The notes beneath the pieces are model-generated. The model made no database searches and was not told the origin of the DNA. It was given only the letters and a program-made list of their open reading frames with translations. Below, piece by piece: positions 1 through 8,663 of a DNA stretch of 32,000 nt. The stretch is taken from assembly GCF_018398935.1 (NCBI RefSeq), contig NZ_CP074694.1, positions 360,001 through 392,000 of the forward strand, read 5' to 3'. Position 1 is the first letter of the stretch; each line of letters starts with the position of its first letter. Made by a program: the position numbers and the translations under genes. Origin of the DNA: Telmatocola sphagniphila. Its GTDB lineage: Bacteria; Planctomycetota; Planctomycetia; Gemmatales; Gemmataceae.

Positions 1-145
1 GTCGGTCAAAATGGTAATGTCATCGGCCAAATTGACTTCGTTTTGCCGGTGATGGCTCATTCCGACTATTAGGTCGATTTTTCCTATTGGAAAAAACGGC
101 GAAAAAGGTCAGTATGGAGATAGATGCCTTGGATGGGGATCTATC

Positions 146-1084
146 ATGATCAAGATCGCAGTGACTGCGGATTTACATTTTGGTACGCGGCATACCTCGG
201 GGTATCAGGCGACACTCGATCTCTATTCAGATCTGGCCGATAACACCCCCGATATTCTGATTCTGGCCGGAGATATCGGTGCGGGAGAAGAATTCGAACG
301 CTGCCTGTCGCTATTCCAGGCTCTGGAATGTCAAAAGCTCGTCGTACCCGGAAATCACGATATCTGGGTGCGCCAGGGCGATGAGCGGGGCGATTCATTT
401 CAGGTCTACGATCGCTATATTCCCGAACTGTGCGATCGCTACGGCTTTCATTACCTGGATCATGCACCTTATCTATTTTCCCACGAAGGCCTCGCAATCA
501 TCGGCTCGATGAACTGGTACGATGGCAGCTGGGGAGCGGAGCAATTGCGGTTACGCGTGCCCGACTGGCAGGAACGCCTGTCGAGCAAGCGCTTCAGCCG
601 CGGCATGCATAACGACGCCAACTTCATCCGCTGGGACTTTACCGATCAAACGTTCTGCGAGTGGATTGTCCGTCGCTTTGAAGGCCAGTTGAACCGCGCA
701 CTCGATGCCGGGTATCAGAGTCTGGTGGTCACCCATCATCCGCCGCTTCAGGAACTGATGTATCCCACCGCGGAGCCGCGCACCTTGGATGAACTCCTCT
801 GGCCGGCGTTTTCGGGGAACCTCCAGCTGGAAGAGCTGAGCAAGAAGAATCTATCCTCGATTCCCTTCGTGTTCTGCGGGCACACCCACTATGCCCGGAA
901 GTGCCAGCTGGAATCTTTGCAGGGAATTAACGTCGGGGGCGACTATCACTTCAAAAGGCTGGTTCGGTTGAATTGGCCGACGGGCGAACTATCGGAACAG
1001 ACCTTCGGAGATGCCGCCCTGAATAAAAAAAGACCTGGACGATCGCACTCGCCCAAGTCTCAAGTCCCTCTCGAAAATCGCTGA
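146..1084 (+). CDS. Metallophosphoesterase (calcineurin-like phosphoesterase family)
   Basis: 312-aa ORF with an ATG start. The metallophosphoesterase motifs occur in order in the translation: TADLHFG (DxH), ILAGDIG (GD), VPGNHD (GNHD), VTHHPP, CGHTHYA (GHTH). Confidence 0.8.
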   Translation: MIKIAVTADLHFGTRHTSGYQATLDLYSDLADNTPDILILAGDIGAGEEFERCLSLFQALECQKLVVPGNHDIWVRQGDERGDSFQVYDRYIPELCDRYGFHYLDHAPYLFSHEGLAIIGSMNWYDGSWGAEQLRLRVPDWQERLSSKRFSRGMHNDANFIRWDFTDQTFCEWIVRRFEGQLNRALDAGYQSLVVTHHPPLQELMYPTAEPRTLDELLWPAFSGNLQLEELSKKNLSSIPFVFCGHTHYARKCQLESLQGINVGGDYHFKRLVRLNWPTGELSEQTFGDAALNKKRPGRSHSPKSQVPLENR

Positions 1085-1089
1085 TCGCT

Positions 1090-1818
1090 TTACTTCTTGT
1101 CGTTTTCTTTCTTTTCGGGTTCCTTCTTCTCGGCCTTGGCCGAAGCCCGATAACGCCACTCCGGATTATCTACCCAGCGGATATCCGACTGATTTTCATC
1201 GCCCAGTTTCTGGAAGTTCAGTTGCAGCGTCTTGCGCCGAATCACCTTGTCGTCATCCATGGTCCAGCCGTTGGATAAACCGGTGACGAATATGCTGAAG
1301 CGGTTGGTGTCCTTGGCCCGGTCGTAAACGTCGGACCAGATCGCCACACCCGTAACGGCCCGGGGGAACGAATCGGCCTTGGTGACGGGAATATCGTCCT
1401 TGGAGATTGTGACCGAATTCTTGATATCGAGTCTATTCGTCGGGTCTTCGCGCCGTTTGATGGCGTCTTCGACCGACGGCAAGATTTCGTCGGAATGGAC
1501 GGTATGCTTGTCCAGCGTCACCAATTCGAAGTCGGGATAGAACTTCTGCCCGGCATTCGTGCGGTTGATCACCTTGTAGAGCAGGTACCAGACCACCTTG
1601 GTTCCCCGGCCCGGTACATCGACCGTGATCACTCGGGGATCCTTGAAGTTGAAGTGCAGCGTCCAGATATCGCTTTTATCTTCGCGGTGGATGCGGGGTT
1701 CAATGGCTCGCTCGTTGAAATCGCCGCCCTGTTGAGCCAGAAGCGACGAACCAAAATAGAGGCCACCGACCTGGGCCCCAGCCAAATTCAGCCATTGACG
1801 ACGATTCATGCGTTCCAT
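1090..1818 (-). CDS. Hypothetical exported protein, unknown function
   Basis: The ORF spans 1090..1869. I prefer the internal ATG at 1818 (MERMNRRQWLNLAGAQVGGLYFGSSLLAQ) because GGGGGA lies about 9 nt upstream and the N-terminus then reads as an RR-containing signal-like peptide. The C-terminal tail is Lys/Glu-rich. I recognised no catalytic motif. Confidence 0.5.
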   Translation of the reverse strand: MERMNRRQWLNLAGAQVGGLYFGSSLLAQQGGDFNERAIEPRIHREDKSDIWTLHFNFKDPRVITVDVPGRGTKVVWYLLYKVINRTNAGQKFYPDFELVTLDKHTVHSDEILPSVEDAIKRREDPTNRLDIKNSVTISKDDIPVTKADSFPRAVTGVAIWSDVYDRAKDTNRFSIFVTGLSNGWTMDDDKVIRRKTLQLNFQKLGDENQSDIRWVDNPEWRYRASAKAEKKEPEKKENDKK

Positions 1819-2046
1819 GATTTTTATTCCCCCGACGGATATTCCCTCATTTACCAGAATATCCGACAAAGCGGGACCATAACCAGCACTATTGCAGGAA
1901 TCAATAGAAGATTAATAGTTCCCTTAAGGCGCTTCCGATCCATACGGTATATTTTGACCGGCGTCGGGGCACTTGTCGATTGTAAAAATTGCCAATTGCG
2001 TATCCCTGAAAAGACGGATAGTCTGGATTCTATAGGAGAAATATCC

Positions 2047-3066
2047 ATGAGTGCCACCGTCGAAGCCGCCAAAACAGAAGTGGAACCGCCCGATCCGAAG
2101 TTCTGGCAGCACTACTCTCCCCGGTTTGAATTTTCGATTTCCGGTCTGGCCTCCCTGACCGTTCACATCATACTTTTCGGGCTGTTTTTTCTCATCGTGG
2201 CCCGGCTGATGAATCTCAAGACCCCCAAGGCGGAAGTTCCTTTCCGATCGGTTACCATCTCCAATGACTCGGGCGATGATGAGGAGGGCAGCAAGGGTTC
2301 GGGCGGAGGTTCCAAAACGGAGAATAGCGATACCACGAATCTGCCTTCGGTGAGTTCTCCGGAGATTCCCGCCGTCGAGTTGGAAAAAGTGAAGGTCTCG
2401 GTGAGTCAGTGGGTTCCCGATCTGAAATCGGATAATGAAATCATCGATATCGTGGCGAACTCGGCCGCTCGGGAGAAACTCGAGAAGATGGATCAGGGGT
2501 TGCGGGATGAATTGCTGAAAGGTATCGGCGATAAAAAGGGGAAAGGGAACGAGGCGGGGGCGGGCAATTCCGGGCAGACTGGGAGAGGCGAGGGGGGCGA
2601 CAGCGACCGAGCCAAATCCAAGAAACGAGCGCTGGGCTGGATCATTCAGTTTCAGACGGACGATGCCCGAAACTACCTCGATCAACTTGCGGCCATGAAA
2701 GCGACCATCCTATTCCAGAAACCGGGAAGCAAAGGGCTGAACGATGCGATCGTTTTCACCGATCTCAGCAAAGGTTCTAAACCGAAGAAGTATACCGATG
2801 ACATGAATTTGAGTGCGCTGTTTTTCGTCGATGAGGATTGGTCTTCGATAAGAGGGGTGATTTCGGAATTGGGAGTGGACTTCAGACCGGAGCAGATGGT
2901 GGCGTTCTTCCCGCACGATGTTGAGGAAGAACTGGCCCAAAAATCGATGGCCTTCCACAACCGCAAGGAAGAAGATATCCGTCAGACCACCTTTAAAGTT
3001 CTGGTGGTCAACGGTAAGTATGCGATCAAAGTGGTCTCCCAGGTGGCTAAACCGGGAAAGCGCTAA
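2047..3066 (+). CDS. Hypothetical single-pass membrane-anchored protein
   Basis: The track ORF 1495..3066 runs antisense through the neighbouring gene for its 5-prime part. From ATG 2047 (MSATVEAAKTE) the protein has one hydrophobic helix (LASLTVHIILFGLFFLIVARL), a Gly/Ser/Glu/Lys low-complexity linker and a C-terminal globular part. Function is unknown. Confidence 0.5.
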   Translation: MSATVEAAKTEVEPPDPKFWQHYSPRFEFSISGLASLTVHIILFGLFFLIVARLMNLKTPKAEVPFRSVTISNDSGDDEEGSKGSGGGSKTENSDTTNLPSVSSPEIPAVELEKVKVSVSQWVPDLKSDNEIIDIVANSAAREKLEKMDQGLRDELLKGIGDKKGKGNEAGAGNSGQTGRGEGGDSDRAKSKKRALGWIIQFQTDDARNYLDQLAAMKATILFQKPGSKGLNDAIVFTDLSKGSKPKKYTDDMNLSALFFVDEDWSSIRGVISELGVDFRPEQMVAFFPHDVEEELAQKSMAFHNRKEEDIRQTTFKVLVVNGKYAIKVVSQVAKPGKR

Positions 3067-3068
3067 CT

Positions 3069-4634
3069 TTATAAGCTGGCGGCTGAGAGTTCCTTGATCG
3101 GTTTTGGGTCGCCCATCCGAGCGTCCTGATCGACTACGTCTCCGGCGATCCAACCCGACATCAGGGCCATCGGCATGCCGGGACCGGGATGAGCCGAACC
3201 GCCGGCAAAATACAAACCTTCCAGATCGGGACTGCGATTGGCGGGTTTGAAAGCTCCCGCCCATTTCCCGTGGCTAGCCAACCCGTAGATGGCCCCATTC
3301 AGCACCCGATAGCGATCGTGAATGCTTTGCGGCGTCAGGGCCGATTCGTAAACGATGTGCTTTTCGATGTCCTTCATGCCCGCGCAAGTTTCGAGTTTCT
3401 TCAGGATAACCTGACGATACTCCGGTAGCATTTTCGTCCAGTTGTGTCCGGGCCGCAAATAGGGAGTGTGGACCAGGATGTATAACGCTTCACCGCCCGG
3501 GATGGCCACTTCCGGTTCCGAGATCGCCGGAGCACAGAGATAGGCCGTGGGATCTTCCGCGGGTTTGCCTTCGCGGTAGATCTGTTCGAATTCCACATGG
3601 GGATCTCTGGAGAAAACGAAGTTGTGGTGCAGAAGTTGTTCGTAGCGTCTATCCAGACCGAGATAGAGAACCACGCCGGAGCAGGCCGGTTCGTAACTGC
3701 GGCGGTTCTCGAACTTCTTGGCTGCCGGCACATCCTCCAGTAATTCGCGATGCGTGCGAACCGTATCGGAGTTCGAGACGACGACGTCGAAATCGTACTT
3801 CTCACCGGTGGAGGTCACCACGCCGGTCACTTTTTTATTTCGGGAATCGGTTGTTAAGCGAGTGATCTCCACTTTGTTGCGGTAATCGACCCCCAGTTCA
3901 CCGCCCAGCTTGGTTAAGGCTACCGGGACTTCTCGGGTGCCGCCTCGCGGATACCAGATGCCATCCTGGGTCTGCATGTGTGCAATGCCGCAAAGCACCG
4001 CCGGAGACATATCGGGGGCGCTGCCGACGTACTGGGTAAAGTGATCAAGCATCTGGGAAACATTTGGATTCGGCACATATTTTCGCACGGTGCCGGCCAC
4101 CGAGAATCCCATGCGCATGGAGAGCACATCGCCGAGCACTTTGGGCTGGAAGCTGCTCTTGAATTGGAACATGTCCTTAATGCCGCCGATCGATTTCCAG
4201 AAGTAGAATCTTTCGGAGATGGCGTGCATCCGCTTGGCAAAGTCGATGAAGCGACCGTAGTTTTCGCCGACGTTCTGCCCGGGAGCGTACTGGTCGAGAC
4301 GCTTCATCATCTGAGGAACGTTGGCTTCGAGATCGAGAACGCTTTGATCTTCGAAGAAGCAGCGCCACTGCGGATCGAGGTGAATGAGGTCGAGATAATC
4401 TTCGAGCTTCTTTTTGGCTTCGCCGAAAATCCGGCGCAGAACTTCGGGGATGGTCAGAATGGTCGGGCCCATATCAAAGCGGAAGCCTTTTTCCTCGAGC
4501 ACAGCCGCTTTACCGCCAAACCATTCGTTCTTTTCGAACAGTGTGACTTTATGTCCTCGAGCGGCCAGTACGCAGGCTGAGGCCAACCCCCCTAAGCCGC
4601 CGCCGACGATTGCCACTTTCAAAGTTTCCGCCAT
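3069..4634 (-). CDS. Phytoene desaturase family FAD-dependent oxidoreductase (CrtI/CrtN/CrtP-like)
   Basis: N-terminal Rossmann FAD motif VAIVGGGLGGLASACVLAARGHKVTLFEKNEWFGGKA, ~520 aa length, and a C-terminal GGSAHPGPGMPMA motif typical of CrtI-family enzymes. The track start at 4658 is TTG. I prefer ATG 4634, which is preceded by AAGGA 6 nt upstream. Confidence 0.85.
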   Translation of the reverse strand: MAETLKVAIVGGGLGGLASACVLAARGHKVTLFEKNEWFGGKAAVLEEKGFRFDMGPTILTIPEVLRRIFGEAKKKLEDYLDLIHLDPQWRCFFEDQSVLDLEANVPQMMKRLDQYAPGQNVGENYGRFIDFAKRMHAISERFYFWKSIGGIKDMFQFKSSFQPKVLGDVLSMRMGFSVAGTVRKYVPNPNVSQMLDHFTQYVGSAPDMSPAVLCGIAHMQTQDGIWYPRGGTREVPVALTKLGGELGVDYRNKVEITRLTTDSRNKKVTGVVTSTGEKYDFDVVVSNSDTVRTHRELLEDVPAAKKFENRRSYEPACSGVVLYLGLDRRYEQLLHHNFVFSRDPHVEFEQIYREGKPAEDPTAYLCAPAISEPEVAIPGGEALYILVHTPYLRPGHNWTKMLPEYRQVILKKLETCAGMKDIEKHIVYESALTPQSIHDRYRVLNGAIYGLASHGKWAGAFKPANRSPDLEGLYFAGGSAHPGPGMPMALMSGWIAGDVVDQDARMGDPKPIKELSAASL

Positions 4635-4669
4635 GTCGAGTCCTTCAGGTGTTGCCAATCCAGGGGCTG

Positions 4670-6217
4670 TCAGGAGATCGTCAGTTTCGCTCGAGGATCC
4701 GCTTTAGCCTCATCCAGCCAGGTCGAATCCAGCTCGAAATCATTCAGGAGAATTCGGCTGGTGATCCGGGCCGATTCGTAAATGACCGGCAGACCGCTGC
4801 CAGGGTGCGTTCCACCACCGACGAGATAGACGGAATCGAGATCTTCGAAGCGATTTCGCGGCCGCAGGTGCAGCATCTGCTTCAAGTTATGAGCGAGATT
4901 AAAAGTCGCCCCTTTGTAGACCTCGTAGCCCTGTTCCCAGTCGGCGGGGGTGATGATCTTTTCGAAACGAATGCGTTTTTCCAGATCGGTGATGCCGATT
5001 TTAGGCAATTGCTTCAGCACTTTCTCGCGGAAAGCGGGGAGTTCCTTCGACCAATCGACATTGGGATGCTTGTGCGTGACCGGGGCCAGGACATAGAGAG
5101 TACTGTGCCCTTGGGGAGCGAGGGTGGAATCGGTGACCCCCGCGTTCTGCACATAGATGGAAGGATCTTCGCCGAGAACGTGGTTGAACTCGATGTCGCG
5201 CAGATTCTGCTCGTAGGTTTTCGAGGTATAGATCGTGTGGTGGGCCACCCGGTCGTACAGACCTTCGATGCCCAGATACATCATGAAGGTGGAACAGGAG
5301 TAACGCTTCTTTTCCAGCTTTTCATCGGTCCAGCGAGTTCGCAAATTGTTCGGAACGAGTTTCGTCATGGACTGGGCGAAATCGGCATTGATGACCAGAG
5401 CATCCCCGCGAATTTCTCGCTCCCGAGTTTTAACGCCCACGGCTTTTTTGCCTTCGAAGAGAATGCGCTCCACCGCTTCGCCCAGATGGAAATTCACACC
5501 CATCGATCGGGCGACAGTTTCCATCATTTCCGAAACGGCCGCACAACCGCCGATAGGGTGATGAACGCCATGTTCGTATTCGAGGAACGACAGAATCGAA
5601 AACAGGCTCGGGCACTGGAACGGCGACATGCCGAGGTACTTCGACTGGAAAGAAAACGCCAGCCGGACGCGCGGGTCGCTGAAGTATCGCTTGAGCTCGG
5701 AATCGAGCGATTTCCAGGGCTTCAGCACCGGCAAAAGCTTCATCAGGTCCCATTTGAAGAGCCGCTTCCAGTTCAGAAATGCGCTTTCCAGGGCGGGGCG
5801 AAACAGTTCCAGCTTGGTGCGATTATCGCTCAAGTATCGCTTCAGGGAACCGGCGTCGGCCTCGCAGATTTTGGCGATCTCGGCTTCCATCGGTTCGATT
5901 TTCGGCGTGCAGCGCATGTCGCCGCCCGAACCGAAAATCAGGTGGTATTGCGGATCGAGACGGATCATCTCGATATCTTCGCGGAGATTACGGCCGATCA
6001 GCTGAAAAATGCGTTCGAGAACCAGCGGATAGAGGAAGAAGGTCGGGCCGACGTCGAAGCGATAGCCTTCCGCTTCGATTGCGGAGCAGCGGCCACCGAC
6101 GCGCGGAAGTCTTTCCACCACATCGACTTGTATTCCCGCGTGAGCCAGCATCAGTGCGGAGGCGAGTCCGCCCGGACCAGCGCCGATGATCACTACACTC
6201 GGTTTGCGTCGCGACAT
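4670..6217 (-). CDS. Phytoene desaturase family FAD-dependent oxidoreductase (CrtI/CrtN/CrtP-like), second paralogue
   Basis: Rossmann motif VVIIGAGPGGLASALMLAHAGIQVDVVERLPRVGGR and C-terminal GGGTHPGSGLPV. The stop lies only 11-35 nt upstream of the next desaturase, so the two are probably operonic. The track start 6223 is TTG; an ATG lies at 6217. Confidence 0.85.
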   Translation of the reverse strand: MSRRKPSVVIIGAGPGGLASALMLAHAGIQVDVVERLPRVGGRCSAIEAEGYRFDVGPTFFLYPLVLERIFQLIGRNLREDIEMIRLDPQYHLIFGSGGDMRCTPKIEPMEAEIAKICEADAGSLKRYLSDNRTKLELFRPALESAFLNWKRLFKWDLMKLLPVLKPWKSLDSELKRYFSDPRVRLAFSFQSKYLGMSPFQCPSLFSILSFLEYEHGVHHPIGGCAAVSEMMETVARSMGVNFHLGEAVERILFEGKKAVGVKTREREIRGDALVINADFAQSMTKLVPNNLRTRWTDEKLEKKRYSCSTFMMYLGIEGLYDRVAHHTIYTSKTYEQNLRDIEFNHVLGEDPSIYVQNAGVTDSTLAPQGHSTLYVLAPVTHKHPNVDWSKELPAFREKVLKQLPKIGITDLEKRIRFEKIITPADWEQGYEVYKGATFNLAHNLKQMLHLRPRNRFEDLDSVYLVGGGTHPGSGLPVIYESARITSRILLNDFELDSTWLDEAKADPRAKLTIS

Positions 6218-6321
6218 AGTCAACCCATTCCATTAGTAATTCGAACTATGCAGCCATCCATAGTCTATGAACCACTCCCTTTCCACAAAAGGACTTTAAG
6301 ACGCTCTTTATCGAGTTCCGC

Positions 6322-7110
6322 TCAACCCATGGGCAAGTGATCTTTCCCGGGTTGAATATTGGCCGACAGCAGGCTTTTGGAACCGTTCACCAGTGTGAAG
6401 AGATCGGTGGAGCCTACCGAAGTCGGCAGCGCGAACTGCTCGCCGTACATGTAGCCGCAACGGGCCCCGGTGGCTCCGTTGACACAGCGGATGAAATGCG
6501 CGACCTTCTCAAACCGGCCCAGATCGAACTGCGATTCATAGGTTTGAATTGCCTGCATTTTCTGTTCGAAGGTGTCCGAAATATCGATGATGAACGTCCC
6601 TTGCCAGCTACGCTGCTCGGCTTCAAAGGGAAAAGGAGCATAAACCAGGTGTGGCACTCGATAGGGTGCGGTTCCTTCGAACTGGTCGTCCCATTTGGTT
6701 AACTGGGAATAAAAGCGCGCTGCTTCGATCAGCAAGTGTCCCTGATGATGATCGGGCGATGCTGCCGGGGTTCGGCCGGCCGATCCGATGACGATCTGCG
6801 GCCGATATCGGCGGAATAACGTAGCCAATTTGAATCGATTGGCCGGTTCATCCATCAAGATGCGATTGGGCAGATCCAGATTGATTCGCATCGGCACGTT
6901 AAGGATTTCGCGAGCTTTTTCCGCTTCGCGGGCCCGAATCTCCAGGCTACCGCGCGGCGTCGGCTCACCGGAAGTCAGGTCGATGATGCCGACCTTATAT
7001 CCCTGTTTGACCAGTTTTGCCAGCGTTCCTCCGCAGAGGATTTCCAGATCGTCCGGGTGCGGGGCGACCGCAAGAACATCGTAGCTGTCAGGCTTTGCCG
7101 AATCGCTCAT
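6322..7110 (-). CDS. PIG-L (LmbE) family N-acetylglucosaminyl deacetylase, BshB1-like
   Basis: Signature VLAVAPHPDDLEILCGGTLAKLVKQGYKVGIIDLTSGE, followed by the PDHHQGH metal/active-site motif. Same strand as the two desaturase genes and upstream of them. Confidence 0.8.
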   Translation of the reverse strand: MSDSAKPDSYDVLAVAPHPDDLEILCGGTLAKLVKQGYKVGIIDLTSGEPTPRGSLEIRAREAEKAREILNVPMRINLDLPNRILMDEPANRFKLATLFRRYRPQIVIGSAGRTPAASPDHHQGHLLIEAARFYSQLTKWDDQFEGTAPYRVPHLVYAPFPFEAEQRSWQGTFIIDISDTFEQKMQAIQTYESQFDLGRFEKVAHFIRCVNGATGARCGYMYGEQFALPTSVGSTDLFTLVNGSKSLLSANIQPGKDHLPMG

Positions 7111-7200
7111 AGACGCTTTCCAGATAATTCCGATTTTTGAGTTGGGGGCCTACCCATATCCCGATTAGACTATGGCCCGTTATACCGGAGGCGATCTTTG

Positions 7201-8649
7201 ATGAAGCAAGATTCCGCGGAACCGCACCAACTCCATCGAGTACTCGGGCCCTGGATGGCGACGGCCATCGTCATTGGAACCGTCATCGGTTCGGGGGTCT
7301 TCAAAAAGGCGCAACCGATCTCTCAGGGCATTCCCCAGGTGGGTTTGGCTCTTTGCGCTTGGGTGCTGGTGGGCTTTCTGACGCTGATGGGGGCGCTGGC
7401 CCTGGCCGAAGTCGCCATCGTTCATCCCAAAGCAGGCGGCAATTACGTTTTCCTTCGCGAAAGCTACGGCCGAATGTTCGGCTTCCTCTGGGGCTGGGTC
7501 GAACTCTGGTTCATCCGGGCCGCTTCGGTGGCAGCATTGGCCTGGATTTTCGCGGAATCGTGCAGCGATGTCATCGATGCCTTGTTTCGCGTTTCCCCAG
7601 AACCGGTGGTCGGCATCCTCGGTAAGTATGCCATCACTATTGGAGTAATCGTTTTACTCGGAGCGCTGAATGCGCGAGGCACGTTATTAGGAGGTCGCAT
7701 TCAAGTAATCATCACGGCAGTCAAAGTGTTTTCGCTCGTCGGGATCGCGGTGATTCCACTAATATTGTTTCTCATCGGCTACCAGGGCGAAGGAGCTCCC
7801 AAGCTGGATCGCTTGTATCCCCTTTTTCCGGAGTCTTTCTCCTGGGCCCAACTCAGCGGCTTTGGGGCGGCCATGGTCGGCATTCTCTGGGCGTACGACG
7901 GCTGGATGAATATTGCACCCATTGCCGGGGAAGTCACCAATCCGAGCCGAAATCTGCCGCGGGCCGCGGTGGCGGGCGTGCTGACTCTTATCGCTCTCTA
8001 CGTCACTGTGAATCTGGCTTACTACCTCACCATTCCTGTCATGGATATTGTGAATCTCCCCAAGGACCGCATGACGGCCGGTGAGTATGCCATGCGAATA
8101 TTCGGCTCAGTCGGATTGATGCTCGCCTCGATCTGCCTGATGATTTCCGTGCTCGGTGCCTTGAACGGCAACCAACTCGTCGGACCCAGACTGCTCTTTG
8201 CCATGGGTCAGGATGAACTGGTGCCGGGGATTTTGTGCCGGATTCATCCGCGCTACAATACTCCAGCCAATGCAGGCGTGACGCTCAGTGTCATTTCGAT
8301 TGTGATAGTTCTGGCAGGCAGCTACATCAAGCCGAATGGCAAGGCGCTCTTCGATGTGATCACCGATTTTTCGATGTTCGGGGCGATCTCGTTCGGTTGC
8401 CTGGCCGTCGGTTCCATCTTCGTGGTACGGAAAAGATTTCCGGTGGCCACGCATCCGTTGCCCTACCGCTGCCCAGGCTATCCGTTACCCCCCGTGCTTT
8501 ACATCGTGTTTATGATTGGCGTGATCGCGAATATGTTTGTAACGCAGCAAAATGAGGCCGTCGCAGGAGTGATTCTCATCGCGGTGGGCGGGTTGATTTA
8601 CTTTGCAATATTTCGAAATAAGCCGGTCGCCGTGCAACGACCGGCTTAA
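7201..8649 (+). CDS. APC-superfamily amino acid permease
   Basis: ~480 aa and highly hydrophobic throughout (about 12 predicted helices by eye). N-terminal GTVIGSGVFKK motif typical of amino acid/polyamine/organocation transporters. ATG 7201 is preceded by GGAGG; the track start 7198 is TTG. Confidence 0.85.
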   Translation: MKQDSAEPHQLHRVLGPWMATAIVIGTVIGSGVFKKAQPISQGIPQVGLALCAWVLVGFLTLMGALALAEVAIVHPKAGGNYVFLRESYGRMFGFLWGWVELWFIRAASVAALAWIFAESCSDVIDALFRVSPEPVVGILGKYAITIGVIVLLGALNARGTLLGGRIQVIITAVKVFSLVGIAVIPLILFLIGYQGEGAPKLDRLYPLFPESFSWAQLSGFGAAMVGILWAYDGWMNIAPIAGEVTNPSRNLPRAAVAGVLTLIALYVTVNLAYYLTIPVMDIVNLPKDRMTAGEYAMRIFGSVGLMLASICLMISVLGALNGNQLVGPRLLFAMGQDELVPGILCRIHPRYNTPANAGVTLSVISIVIVLAGSYIKPNGKALFDVITDFSMFGAISFGCLAVGSIFVVRKRFPVATHPLPYRCPGYPLPPVLYIVFMIGVIANMFVTQQNEAVAGVILIAVGGLIYFAIFRNKPVAVQRPA

Positions 8650-8663
8650 GAATTCATTGTCGA

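Noticed and set aside
1-60. Possible minus-strand gene start (MSHHRQNEVNLADDITILTD) running off the left edge
   Set aside because: Only 20 codons are visible, with no motif and a weak ribosome-binding site. That is not enough to call a feature.
1495-2046. 5-prime extension of the 1495..3066 ORF, and the antisense ORF 1924..2685
   Set aside because: The extension overlaps the better-supported minus-strand gene 1090..1818 and reads as low-information sequence. ATG 2047 gives a sensible N-terminus. ORF 1924..2685 is antisense to the resulting CDS.
4610-6340. 576-aa plus-strand ORF, the longest ORF in this area
   Set aside because: It is fully antisense to the 4670..6223 gene, which has an unmistakable Rossmann FAD motif and CrtI-type C-terminus. 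The plus-strand translation is Arg/Gly/Asp/Phe-rich with no motifs. It is a typical GC-rich shadow ORF.
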